From: Bugula neritina
Taxonomy: Eukaryota > Animalia > Bryozoa
Direction: 5' to 3'
Assembly (NCBI GenBank): GCA_964035545.1
Contig: OZ037765.1
Location: forward strand, 2,790,001-2,854,000
Length of the DNA: 64,000 nucleotides
Below, one piece after another: positions 14,190-26,975 of the stretch (position 1 is the first letter of the stretch; the number at the start of each line of letters is the position of its first letter). The position numbers and the translations under genes are program-made. The notes beneath the pieces are model-generated. The model was not told where the DNA came from and did no database searches. It worked only from the letters and a program-made list of their open reading frames with translations.

Positions 14190-17100
14190 AAGCTACTCAA
14201 CTTCCCGGATTCTACTTTATTGACATTAACCCACTACCTACAAAACGCCTTGAAATTTAGCTAATAAATTATGTATTTTGTGATTTTTTTAAATGTACAA
14301 TGTTATGTATAAATTACAATCAGTTTATATATATATACATATCTTTTACTACTTAGTATTACATTGTAAAAAGCATTTCAGGGTTAACAATTTAATTAAT
14401 TGGCCCTAACAGTAATTATGTATAATACAGATTTGCAGATGCTTTAAATGAACCCAAAAAGCTGATGTTGTTAAACAGTGTACAAAATAGTCACCTCATA
14501 TCAGCCAGACATGCTTAGTCATTACCTAGCATTAAAATCATATTATGAATGCAGTCAAGTTTTGATATGCATCCCTATTATTGATAGTTTGTGAACCAGC
14601 AATTAAATATCAAGAAGCAATATTACTAACCAATGTGCTGGTTAAAGAGTTTCAAGTTGTAGTTATAGTATCAAACTATTATAATGGCATAAAAACTATC
14701 AGTTAAAACATCTTATTAATATTTACTACAGGAATACATATTATAGGTGTGCTAAAAATCTGGTAGAAGCATCAATTATTTTAGATGTTTTGGATTTAGT
14801 ATCTTTGTACTATAATGTAATATACAGAACATCAGGTGCTGTCTCCACAGTGCATTGATGGCACTAATGAATATTAATACATGCAGGCAGTGTTGGTAAT
14901 GATTTATTGAAATAGGAGTTTAAAAACTGTTTAAACAACAATGAAAAGCCTGAGATTAGTCCAAGGAGAGGGGTATTTCAAGCTAGCAGATGAGCAATAT
15001 AGATGGGAAAGTCTTGCCTAAAAATCATTATTGTTATATCTAGTCATTAATTTCTTGCAATAGATCTATTTCACTATTGAGAAGAACAAAATTAGCTAGT
15101 AAACACTGTAATAGAGTCAAGGCACTTTGGCAGTGCTAGTTTAAAATAAACCTGGGATAGTCGAATAGCAGAAGTACTTTTTGATGCATAATATAAATAT
15201 GTACAGCTTAAGATTTTGCAATACTGTGTTTTCAGTGCGATATTAATTTCAATAGCTACATTAAAATAATGTACAATTCTAGCAAGTGATGCAAAATCTT
15301 CTAAGATGCTATGACTGTAGCAGTTTGCTACTAGTCTCAAGTAACAAACCAAATAGCCTTTCTTTGTGCCATCATCCAAATGCCAAACAAATAACTCATT
15401 CACTCTGTAACAACAAGGTGGTCTCCCAAGTAGATTGTTGGACATTTCAGGCATTAATAACCAAAAGCTTTTCACTTTGGCATAATTGTATAGTTACCCA
15501 GCTAAATAAATAATGTATTCATGGTATTGTAATTCCAAGCCATGCATTTATCTGTGAATGCAGCTAAGTATTTAATACGGCCATATATTTATGTACTATG
15601 TAGCAATGCCTAATGTAGCTGTCAAGCTTCTACTTATACTCATTTTACTGATGCTTTACTTCTGATTACATGATTACAAACATAGCAGTTCAAACAAAAT
15701 TATTTTAGATAGGAATAAATATAATGCTCCTAGCAAATGTTGTAAAACTATTTTCCAAAAACATATACTTTGCAAAAAAACTTTTCAGAAAGTTACAATG
15801 CATTTATCATATTATTGTTTCATTTAAAAGTTATAATGATAGAATATTATACTTAAAACACACTCAAATTTTTAGATTCTTGTAATATTGTTAAACAAGA
15901 GTTAACAGTAAGATTGGCTGTAGAGTAGAATGTTTAGCTGTTTGTACTGAAGCTAACAAGTAACTGGCATTAAAAAGAGATGTAGATAAAAAGTGACAGA
16001 ATAACAACTGGCTTGTATATTGGTAGTGCAAAAAGCTGTATATAACAGTTTAAACAAATACCCATTAGAATAAATGGTAACCCAGTACTTAAAATGTGGT
16101 ATGTCACAATACATATTTGTGGTGTATTGACTAGGCTAGATCAACACATAGCACTATATAATTGCTTTAGTATTTACAATTAGTTTGTGGTCTGGTGGGA
16201 TTTGTTGATAGCCATTGTCTTTATTAACATAACAGTTTCATAAAATTAGCAGTTTTCCTTATTCACCTAGTTAATTTTTAAGATTTATGTACAATATTTA
16301 CATATTAGGATATAAAAAATATCTTCAACCAGTGAATATCAAAATAATGATTAAAGACATATTTTACGTCATATTTTTGTGGCAATCTAAATAATAAGCT
16401 GGTCTAAATTGTACTTGTGCAAACAGAACCAGCTCATGAATATATGTTGTCTTTTTTTAACTTGACAGTTAATCTAATATGGATGTGTATTTTATACTTG
16501 CTTTTGTGTTTAAGGTGATAAAATTGCACTGGTAAGGTAAATAAACGTTGCTTGTTTGGCATGTTTGGCATTGCTAAACTAATGGCCAGTTTTGCAGTAG
16601 CTTCAGCATAACCTTCAAAAGAATGCAAATATCATCTAATTATTGTAAGCTTTTTAAGTTAATTTGTCTAGCTATAAACACATGTAAAACTATTAGGCTA
16701 TTCCAATTTCACGATATACATAGCTCTATAATTCTGAAAAACTGCTAGGTAGAGTGGAAATTAAACATGATCTATTCATTGCTAAAGTATTACAGCTATG
16801 AATAATATATATGTGATTACCTGAGTGATATCACAATCTTCACTTGCTAAGTTAGTTTAAATACAGGAAAAAAAATTAATCTGGAGAAAGATTATATATG
16901 AGAAGCTGTTTTTGTAATAATTTCCTGCTCTAGGGTGATTTAGAAGAATTGTTTTAATGCAAAACTTTTGCATACATGAGTTGAATAAAATCATTGAGAG
17001 TTTTATGAAGGTCTATTTGTGTATAGGTAGCCCTAATGCATGTCACAACTCAAGTTTTTAGATTTTATGTAATTTGTGGTGCAAAGTTGCAAATAAAAAC

Positions 17101-18882
17101 CTTATTTTAATAATACTTAGACATATGCAAGCAATAAAGATAATGAAAAAAATGCTATAGTTGCTAATTAGCTAATATTACTTGCATATGATGCAAATAT
17201 TTGTATGCATGCATGTTTAGTTTATTAGCATTGGTTAGATATAATTGAATATATAGATTTGATGTGGAAATTGAAGAAAATCAATATGTTGTGTTCTATA
17301 TACAACAACAGTTTTTACATTGGTTTGTTAATTACTTCATAAATCATTTATTACTTCATGCAATATTTGTTCCTGCAATTTTGCAGAGTGGCAAAATGCA
17401 TTTCAAAGACATATATTAAGTGATTTTAATTATACTAGAATTTTCAAATCAAGATTTTTTGGGGAGTTTTCTTCTTCCTAAGACATATGTGGCAATTGAA
17501 CACATAATAAGTTGTAGGCCACAACTCCTTTATACAACCTTGCAAGAAATTATGCAGCCATTTAAATAGAAAAGGAATTATTGAATTTATTTATTCAACA
17601 TTATTAGTATTTTATAAATATTTGTTGCATTTAATTAATGAGCATAAAATTTTTTTTACAAATACTGTAATTAACAGCATGGTAAAAATATATTATATAT
17701 ACTGGTATATATTTTGTATTGTATTAGATTTAGGCTACATTTCTAATTAAAATGAGTTAATGGCTAAGTTTAAATATCTTCGACTTATAGATTACATTTT
17801 TATGTGCTATAAAAATTTAACTCGTTTGTTACGACATTTCTCCATGCATAAAAGCAAAACTTACGGCAAGAAATCCTTAGCTAGAAAGATAAATAATAAT
17901 TTACTTTAATTACATCAAAAGCTAATATCAGCAAGCATTCTATAAATAATGGGAATTTACCTAGTGTAATTTTTCTTAAACTAGCTAAGCTTGCTTGGTA
18001 CTTTAATAAGTTTATTGGCATAGTGTATTATGTTATACTTATATATTTTTAAGACTTTAAGGAAAATGATGTTTTAGCTGCGTTATTCCTAATGCAAGCC
18101 TTATAAATTTACAATATATACTAAAATATTATATTTGTAATTAGAAAGAAAACAAATTACTTTCATAAACTTATAATTATTGCATTCTGTTATTGTTAAT
18201 GCTAGAATAACAAATTGAACACGGCATATGCTTCCCTAACCAGATGCTTTTAAACGGATTAAAAATAATTTGTCAATTTCTAATTATGAGGAACAAACTC
18301 CTCGGTAGTTTCTACATTTGCGCATGATTTTATCAAGATAGGCTTGCTTTTGTGTCAACCTGTAGCCAGTGCAACTATACTTTATGTAACGAGTAAAACA
18401 GACTCATTTCAAAGTACACAGTCTAAAGGGTAGGAATTACTACAAAGAAAAGTGCCGGTTAAAAGTTAATTATAATTGGAAATAAGGTGAAATATCAGTC
18501 AGAAATTAAAAAGTGTCAACTAAAAAGGTGTATTGTTATTTATTTTTGGCTTAATGAAAATGTTTTTTGAGGAAGAAGTACGAGAAACATCTAGGAGGGG
18601 TTCATATCCACCACTGGCAACTACCTGTTTATTGATGAAGAACTATCCAATGATAGTACAGTATTATGGTCTTTTGCCTTATAATTGGCTTTGATTTTTT
18701 TATGTCTAATTACGAGATACTAAACAGATGCAAAGTATGTTGTGCATAGGCAGTTTTTTTATGTCTCTAAACAACATTCTAGGAAAATATATACTGCAAT
18801 ATTGCAAGAATTTCATGGTTTATCTTTGTCTGCTAACTTCCTGAAGTTGAAGTGACCTTCACATAGAGCCAGGCAGAGTCAT

Positions 18883-19828
18883 TTACTCGATTGGTGGCTC
18901 ATCAAAGTCACTTGTTGGGTGGTCTGGAATATGTCCGTGTGGATTATATGGTTTACCACTAGATCCCCCATATATAATTCTGTAACAATAAAAATACACC
19001 TAAACAAACAACTCTTTAACAGTTTTAAAAAAAATAGCTCATCTTAAAGGCTAAGTAAAATTTTGTAATAGCCTATCACTATAACTTTCTGCTATTAAAC
19101 TAGGATCTTAGGATGATTGTTTTCAACTCAAATTACCACTTATGCATGTCATTATAATGTTGACCCCATGACCCAACAACTAGTATGGTAAAAACCCAAC
19201 ACTAAAATAGTCTATAAGCACTATGTTATCTTGATTACCTATTCACAAAAATTTAACATTCAAGGCATTTGACCTTGAAATACCTTTCATGTATATAGTA
19301 TGTTAACAGAACCCTTTAGGAATATGTAGAGGCTAACCTATTTCATATGATCATTCAAGTTAAATGACAGTCTAGATAACAATTGTCCAAAAGCATTGAA
19401 ATGTTTCTGCTATGTATTTTTTTGTGTTGGGTCAAAATAAGATTGGGAGAAATAAATCTTTAAAAAGGCAACAATTATTGTTATATTTTGATATCATGAC
19501 AGCAGTGATTCTTGAACAATGAACACTACACAATTCCCCCTCCTTCTGTGTAAAACAAAACATTAGATTAGATTAAAACTCGTTTTATAATATATTAAAA
19601 AAGGTGCAGCAAAGAAAGTGTAGCAAAGTAAATAGCAGAACCAGAAGCAGTTTTACTAACGACTATTTATCTAATTTCAAAGCTGCAAAATGTTCATTTC
19701 AAATTAATATTAGAGTTTATCTATAAGTAGCTGCTTTACCGTTTGTAGATGTTTCTTGCATCAGCAATGGACATTGCAGCCAACAGCATCAGCGTGAAAA
19801 TAAATATTTTACTTGGAATTAACTTCAT
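18883..19828 (-). CDS. Two-exon gene for a 61-aa secreted peptide precursor
   Basis: Exon 1 CDS 19828-19740 (89 nt, donor GTAAAG) plus exon 2 CDS 18979-18883 (97 nt, acceptor ttttattgttacag) join in phase to MKLIPSKIFIFTLMLLAAMSIADA-RNIYKR-IIYGGSSGKPYNPHGHIPDHPTSDFDEPPIE*. It has a hydrophobic signal peptide ending A-x-A, a TATA box (ctatataaa, - strand 19906-19898) and AATAAA at 18633-18628. Confidence 0.75.
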
Positions 19829-19897
19829 ATTTTACAAACGTGTTTTAGATCTCTGAGTTTTTGCATCCAGAATAATAAGTTATAGATATATTTCACA

Positions 19898-19906
19898 TTT
19901 ATATAG
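19898..19906 (-). promoter_or_regulatory. TATA box of the peptide gene
   Basis: CTATATAAA on the - strand ~70 bp upstream of the ATG at 19828. Confidence 0.5.
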
Positions 19907-20275
19907 TTGCAAAGTTCTGCATTCTAATTGGACAGTATAGATTTACTGTTGAATAGACAGTTTTACATATTTAACTCTGTTTTATAAAGCACAGGCTAAA
20001 AATGTTTCAGATAGCTAAACCCAGTTGTGAATATTTGATATATTGCTTGATCTCCTATGATTAATGTCGAATAATAAGTTTTGTAAAATATCAATTGATA
20101 GCATATTGTGTGCTACTCCATAACGCTATCATGCACTCTAAAATTTTTTACATATGTCAATTAATTTAGAAATCATTTCAACTATAGCAAAGTATTTCAC
20201 TCCATCATGGTTACATTGCAACATAGATAACCTAAGAATATAACAAAACATACTTTTATTGAATAGTTAAATTAA

Positions 20276-20415
20276 AACATTTGTATAGATTTTCTCAACT
20301 TCCTCATTGCACTATAGTCATATGACTATTTTATTGTGAAGTTAACAAAAGCTGCCTTTTGAATTAAAGATACCTGCTAGTTTAACTCTATTGATATAGA
20401 TTCACTTTACTAAAC
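20276..20415 (+). promoter_or_regulatory. Conserved proximal promoter/5' block of receptor copy 1 (ETS-type ACTTCCT core)
   Basis: catttgtatagattttctcaacttcctc...gtgaagttaacaaaagctgccttttg...atacctgcta recurs upstream of copies 2 (26976-27113) and 3 (37639-37790), and partly upstream of copy 4. Confidence 0.6.
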
Positions 20416-20460
20416 ACTACCACAGTTCATATATAGTCATTGCTAACTATAAGTGCTAAC

Positions 20461-21085
20461 ATGGACAGAATACTGTACTTGTGTTTTCACTTATCTTTCT
20501 TTCTAGTTACCGTGTCTATCCCTGCACTAGTACAAGGTATGTTAAATATCATAATTATTATACTTGTAGTTAAATTTAAGAGGATTTTTTCTAATTTAAC
20601 TTAAAAACAAAAAACTGCTGCCCTAGTTGTTTCAAGTTTGCAAAACACTAAACAGAGACTATAGTTTATTTCAATGCTTTCTGTCCTTATATATTATATG
20701 TAAATAAAAAAAAATCTAGCAGATAATAAATACTCTGCTGCCACATATTTTCAGGACTAACCTGTGACTGGACATCAGGTGTGGGTAGACTAGATCCTTA
20801 CATCACATCTGGTAGAATAAAGACTCTCTTTGTAACCAGTGAAGATGAGTGTAGAGCTCAGTGTATGCAGCAGACATCATTTATATGTGCCTCAATAAAC
20901 TACAGAACTGATGATGGAAACTGTCAGCTGTTAGCAGAGAATACTCAGACTGCTACTATTAGTAGTTCTGATAGTCAGTGGAGATACTCTGTTAGACCAG
21001 ACTGTGCTGGTCAGTCTTTGTGACTTTGATAATGCAATGTGGTAGCATAAGTGCATTATATAGGTGTACTAGTTTGGTTTAGAAT

Positions 21086-21154
<69 letters not shown>

Positions 21155-24100
21155 TATATACATATATCAATCAGGCTGCTACTTTTGTCCTGCTATAAGG
21201 ACTACTTAATGGAGATCGATCTAGGATATTCTTTGATTGTTTATAATAGTAAAATTATGTTATACTTCATTTCAACGCGTAATTTAATATGCTGCTTATA
21301 AGGCTTCACAGCTATAGTAATTCTGCATAATAAATTTACTAGCAATACCAGACTAAATCGAAGCACCTTCTAAATCCTTTTTTCAAGAAATAAACAGATT
21401 CCTAAAAATTGTAAATCTGAAAGACTATTTATTAATTATATTTTTGAACAGCAAGTAAAAATGAAGTATGTGTTAATATGTGTTAATATGTTGGGGGTTC
21501 CGTTATTCTGTCTTGCACACGAAATCTTATGTATTTCACAGAAATCTGGCAGCCATGGACAGCTACTAGAGGTTACTATCTAAGCAGTGGAGTAGAGAAG
21601 TACAACCAGACAAGTACATCAGACCTCAGAGACTGTATGAGTTTCTGTTTACAAGATGAACACATCAGTTATAACTGTAGTTCTATAGTGAAGGCAGTGA
21701 GTGGAGATCTATGTGAGATTGTCAACAAGAGATCAGATGGTACTGGAGTGACATCAGATAAGCATCCAGGCTATCAGTACTTTAACCTCCCTCTCTGGTA
21801 TTCAGGTATGAGTAAATCTTTAGATATTTAATTTGTATATCAACGTGTTTAGAGATATGAATTTTCTTATTCTGTAGCGTGAATATATATACAGTATTCT
21901 TAATCTTTATATACATCCTTAATCTTTAACTTTAGGTTGATCTAGTTGTGGTCTGACAACTTTTAAGTAACTTTATTATATATTCCTAAATATAGCAGGT
22001 AGTAGAAATCAAAGATCATAATTAGATATCACTGCAGCACAAGAGATGGCTCTGCACACAGCAAATTTTTACTTTTTTTATTTTTGAAATAGATATGATA
22101 TATGAACACACCTTCATATTGAGTTTTGCACCATAAATTGAATACTAAGGTCAGCTAGCATTACAGCATGGAGAATAGAAAACTTGATTAATATAATATG
22201 GTATGCATATGTCATGATAATGCAAATGTAACAACATATTAATATAATAATGGCATTCTACAACTAACCTAAACTTTTACTAAATAATATATATACAAGA
22301 GTTGTAACATACACAATGATGTGATAAGTAGTTCTAATTAAATAATAATTATTTTGAATGTCATAATAATGCATCATAGAAACTGGACAGATTATAATAA
22401 CATCATATAAATATTAAAAATGTTGATAACTCGAAGCACTTTTGCTAGGCCACTATGAAAATACCTTTATAGAATACTTATTATTGGGTATAAACTATTT
22501 TTCAGATAACTCTGACAGTATAACCAACACAAGGATAATAAACTATGGATCAGCTTTGTATGCTTTCATGTTACTCTTCAACTATAAGATAGAAGCAGAC
22601 GGATATTTGGTTGGCTGGAAGTATATGATTGGTCGTTCTACTGACTACTGTGACTCATATGCTGCTATCTGGAGACAGACAGGAGAAGGTAACTCTGCTG
22701 TATTCAATCTGATTACAGAAACTCTCCTCACACCTGAAGATGTATCTACAGGAGGAATCAGATTCCAGTTTGTACAGAACTCTACAGAAGTAGTTAGAAA
22801 AGGAGACTTTCTTGCTCTGTATGTAGAAGACTTGAATATATCTTTTTGTGGAGGTAACCTCGTCTCATTTAGACCAGATGTAGATGGAGATCTATCAGCT
22901 TACTTACGCAGGAGGAATCCTAACAGAGACAGAGCAGACAGACTCACAGCTTCAGATGTTAACGCAAGACCTAGAGCAGTAGCACTGAGAGCCTACATAG
23001 CAAGTAAATTTCCTTTAGCAAAAAATGTAACACTCTATAAAATGTATTCAATAGTTCTATAAATTATTCACCATATTTTATGCTTATTAGAAATTCTGAA
23101 ATTGGCTGGAGACCCAGTATCTTCTCACACAGATGTTTCGCCAGGGGAAATCAGAATTACATGGGAATTCCCAGCTACTGCACCCAATCAGGAGCTCACA
23201 ACTACACACTTCGAAATAGAATGTTCAGACAACTCCAACTTCAACACAATAATAAGCTCTAAATTAGTCTCTATAGACTACAGAGAGACTGTAATTAGTA
23301 ATCTGAATATACAACAACCTTACTATGCTAGAGTATCTACTGTGAGGAATTATAATGGTGAAGAGTTAATACAAGATGTCTATACAGTCAGCTCTCTATT
23401 CTGTGCAGGTCAATAAACTTAACTATAACTATAATGCGCCTAAAATACGTTGTTCATTCAAATATTTAAATATTCTTAAGCCATCTTGTGTAAATAAGTG
23501 AAGTGAAGATGTAGAGTTATGTCTTCAGCATTCAAATCATTCGTTTATCTTGCACATATTACTTTCTTCACTGTACATTACAGAATAAAGTTCTATTTTG
23601 AGATATAATATGTTACTTTTACCTATCAGTCAACATGTAAACCATATAATCTTTATATTAATATCAATTACACTTCTATAGTTTATATCACTCATGATTT
23701 ACTAAATCACTAATTATTTCATTCTCATATATTATACAGAACGAGGCAAGTTACTCCCTGGAGATGTCAGCATAACTGAAATCAAAAGTTTGGAACTAGA
23801 AGAAGAAAGAATAATAGTTGTGTTTGTACCTTCACTAGTACGTTTTATTTTCAGGTTTTTACTTTTAAATTTATTTTTAGATATGTAATAATTAAAATTC
23901 TAATTGTATAATTTTCAAACTGTTTCCTAATATTACTTATGTATGTACACAAATTATGTTTTGAGTTAGAAAAACTGCAATGGATTTACACTGTGTATCT
24001 TTTATACTTTTCAGCATTGTATTCGTTTAGAAGGTTATGATAATACTTACTTTTTGAATTATATAAATACCTAATTTGCTGTAACAGGAAGCTGATGACT

Positions 24101-25395
24101 GTGTATCCAGTGTTACATTAACTTATGGAAGTGAACAATTGTCCAATCAGATAAAGACAGGATTATGGATTTTCACTAAAAAGCAAGGTGTGACCTTTGA
24201 ACTGACTATTAAAGTACAACTACAAGATGGACATGAGAATGTAGTATGGCAGCAAGAATACACAACTAGTAAAGGTAAGTAAAAGTTATTCCAAGTAATA
24301 TATTAGGTGTCATGTGGGAATGACGGTACTCTTATACATACATGAGCCTTGTTTGTCTATATTTTATATCTCTATGATTATACTAACATTTTTTCGCAGA
24401 AGCTGTGTGATGTGAGGTTGAAACTTGCATCTCCACACCTCCCCGTAACTAAATAAATTAAATTACACTTATATATAAGAGTAACATTTATGTCATCAGC
24501 TTTGATAAGTTACACAGATTTTAAAACATGCTAATATATTATTTAGCTATTCTAGCTTTCAGTAACTATATAAGTTCAATACTGCAAGTAATAGTTTTGT
24601 CTTCAGCTTTAATAAAATTGCGCATAATGTTATTTTTTGCTGCTTCAGTAATTCAACCAATCAGATGCTCAGAACCATCTTCTGTGAAAAATACAGCAAA
24701 ACAAGTATCTAATGACATCTGGAATGTGAACTCAACTGTGTTTTACTTCTGCAATGAAGGATATACAAGACAGGGTCCTGCTATCATCACATGTCAACTT
24801 AAAGATGGTGAAGGAGAATGGTCTGACAATCCTCCTACCTGTGAATTGCCAAGTTCAGGTATAAAAATAAATCAAATTATGAGCTGTTACATGATAAAAA
24901 CAAACTGCCGGCTTAATTTTGATAATTTTCAAGTGTATACACAATTGTAATTCAAATTTGCTCAAAAGAAAACTTTTAAACTTTTTCCGAATATAATAAA
25001 TTCACACACACCTGATAATTTTAAATAGCAATGACAGATTTGTATTTTTTGTTTTAGCAGCAAACTGGCTGGTTGGAGTAGCAGTTGGTGGTCCAATGGG
25101 TTTCATTGTCATTCTACTAGTAGTGATTCTTATTGTGGTGTTGGTGAGAAGATCTTCTGGTACTGAGTCTGAGGAGAATAGAGCTCATGAGTTTAATCCT
25201 AAATATGAAGAAGTGGGATTAACACCTACATCTTCTAAGAATCAGGGTGCTGCACGAGATGAACCAGTACAAAGTGCTGAGTATGAGACAACAAATCCTC
25301 AGGCTACATCAGATGATCATGTCTATGAAAAAGTAGCTAAACAGATAGAACAACCCTGCTATGAAAACACTTCAACGATCCAAAACAAAGTTTAA
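20461..25395 (+). CDS. Receptor copy 1: SP-PAN-PAN-variable beta domain-FN3-FN3-like-Sushi-TM-Tyr-motif tail, 747 aa, intact
   Basis: Exons 20461-20536 (signal MDRILYLCFHLSFFLVTVSIPALVQG), 20755-21009 (PAN: CRAQC...CASINY...CQL), 21542-21805 (PAN: CMSFC...CSSI...CEI), 22506-23003, 23091-23408 (FN3-like), 23740-23837, 24088-24274, 24649-24858 (Sushi: C...FYFCNEGY...ITC...WSDNPPTC), 25058-25395 (TM+tail). All introns are GT-AG and phase-consistent; 2244 nt with no internal stop. Confidence 0.88.
21101..21151. repeat. (TA)n microsatellite in copy 1 intron 2
   Basis: Perfect AT dinucleotide run preceded by poly-A. Confidence 0.95.
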
Positions 25396-26599
25396 AACTA
25401 CTTTGATTTAGTTTCAAAACAACTTTTACTATTAATTTGAAAAAAGTTTCAGAAAATCAAATTCAAAAATTCCTATGCTAATTGTGCATGTATTATTGTG
25501 CTAACAAAATGCGTTATATATAAAAAAAATACATTGCAGTGTTCATATTTGATTAACATAAAAATTTTTATCTTAACTTAAAGCTCTGTTTCATAATAAT
25601 ATATTATTCTTCAACACTTTTTACATTATTTCAAATTATATAATATCTGAGCAGCAACCACTTTATATAATAATTAAACTTTTTGTTTTTTTGTGGAGAT
25701 TCTATATTCATTATATGTTACCTTAAATAGTGTTTGTATATTTTAGTTGCCATTTTTTATTACAGAATCATATTATAATTCTTTATCAATAATTCAGCTA
25801 TATTCAAATCGTTGTATACTGTATTAATAGTTTCTTTTTGAAAATTATATTCAATATACAAACTTTAACTGTTGGCTTAAAAATTTTTATTCTATTTAAA
25901 AAAATGTGTAATGTATTTTTTTTTCTTAATATAAGAAATTTCATTTCATGTGTAGGCTTTTTATTGGGTTTTAAAGTTTTCAGTTTATAAAGGAATAAGC
26001 TTGTAATGAACAAATACAATATACACTAATTAAATAGGCAAACTTGAAACGGCCATTTTTAACAACAGAGTTAAGTCAAAGTAAAAGCTGACAGAAGAAA
26101 GCTAGCTTGTAAGCTGTTGCAAAAACTGACTGACAAGCTATAATAACTGACTGTAGCTTTAAATAAATATGCCACTTTTTTTACTAATATATGTATTGTA
26201 TAATTATTTAATTGTAGCCAGTACTCTACATGCACAATTATTATACAAACATTGCTTAAAATCTTAAAGAGATTATTAGACAGAAATGATGCTATGTTAT
26301 CCAAAAGAAGGAAAATGTAGAAACATTATCATATTATGATAACTCAAAATTAAAAAAGCTATAACATAGAAGAAAAGGTCGTTGTCAAATTACTGATGTT
26401 CCAGGTATTATTAAATCTTAACTCAAGTGTACAACATATTAGGTTGCAACTTAAATGTCAACAACCAGAGAGAAATTTCAAAGACAATTTTGATGGTATT
26501 AGAATAAATTTGTATTGCTGCAGGGTCTATAGCTCAAACTATTCACAAATAAAGATTAGAGAACCTGCGTTTCAACAGTCAAAGATAATTGGAGATATT

Positions 26600-26890
26600 A
26601 AGCTCTGGCACTAGTGATCCTAAAATGAAAACTTGAGGCAGTCATGTAGCAGTGAAATAATTTAAAAATTTTAAAAATGGTCCGAATAGTAATCTCGATG
26701 TTTTTATTGAGTACCAAGAATGGTTATTCCAGCATTGAGTTACTGAAACTAGTAATCCAGACATGACGAAGAAATAGCCAACTGTTTTGGAGTTGTTTGA
26801 GGGAAGAAACTGGAGATTGTAAATTTAAAGTAGCTGCAACTTGGCAAACTACACTATAGACACACTTATCTTTATTTAACTTAAAATGCC
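26600..26890. repeat. Intergenic block homologous to 48530-48830
   Basis: Shared segments ctctg(g/a)cac-tagtgat, gtcatg(t/c)agcagtgaaataa, ttattccagcattgagttactgaaactag and aaagtagctgca, in the same order. Confidence 0.75.
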
Positions 26891-26975
26891 TAGTTTATAC
26901 AACTTTCTCAGGTCTAAATGCTGCATTAGTATGTACATGTATAAATGCAAAATTCTCTTTGAATAGTTAACATGT

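Noticed and set aside
15092-15513. Overlapping ORFs 15092..15475 (-) and 15286..15513 (+)
   Set aside because: No motifs, convincing splice context or paralogy; likely chance ORFs.
25096-25395. Canonical ITAM or ITIM in the tail
   Set aside because: YEKV-x8-YENT lacks the second YxxL/I, and the -2 residues (P, H) do not fit the ITIM consensus; reported only as Tyr motifs.
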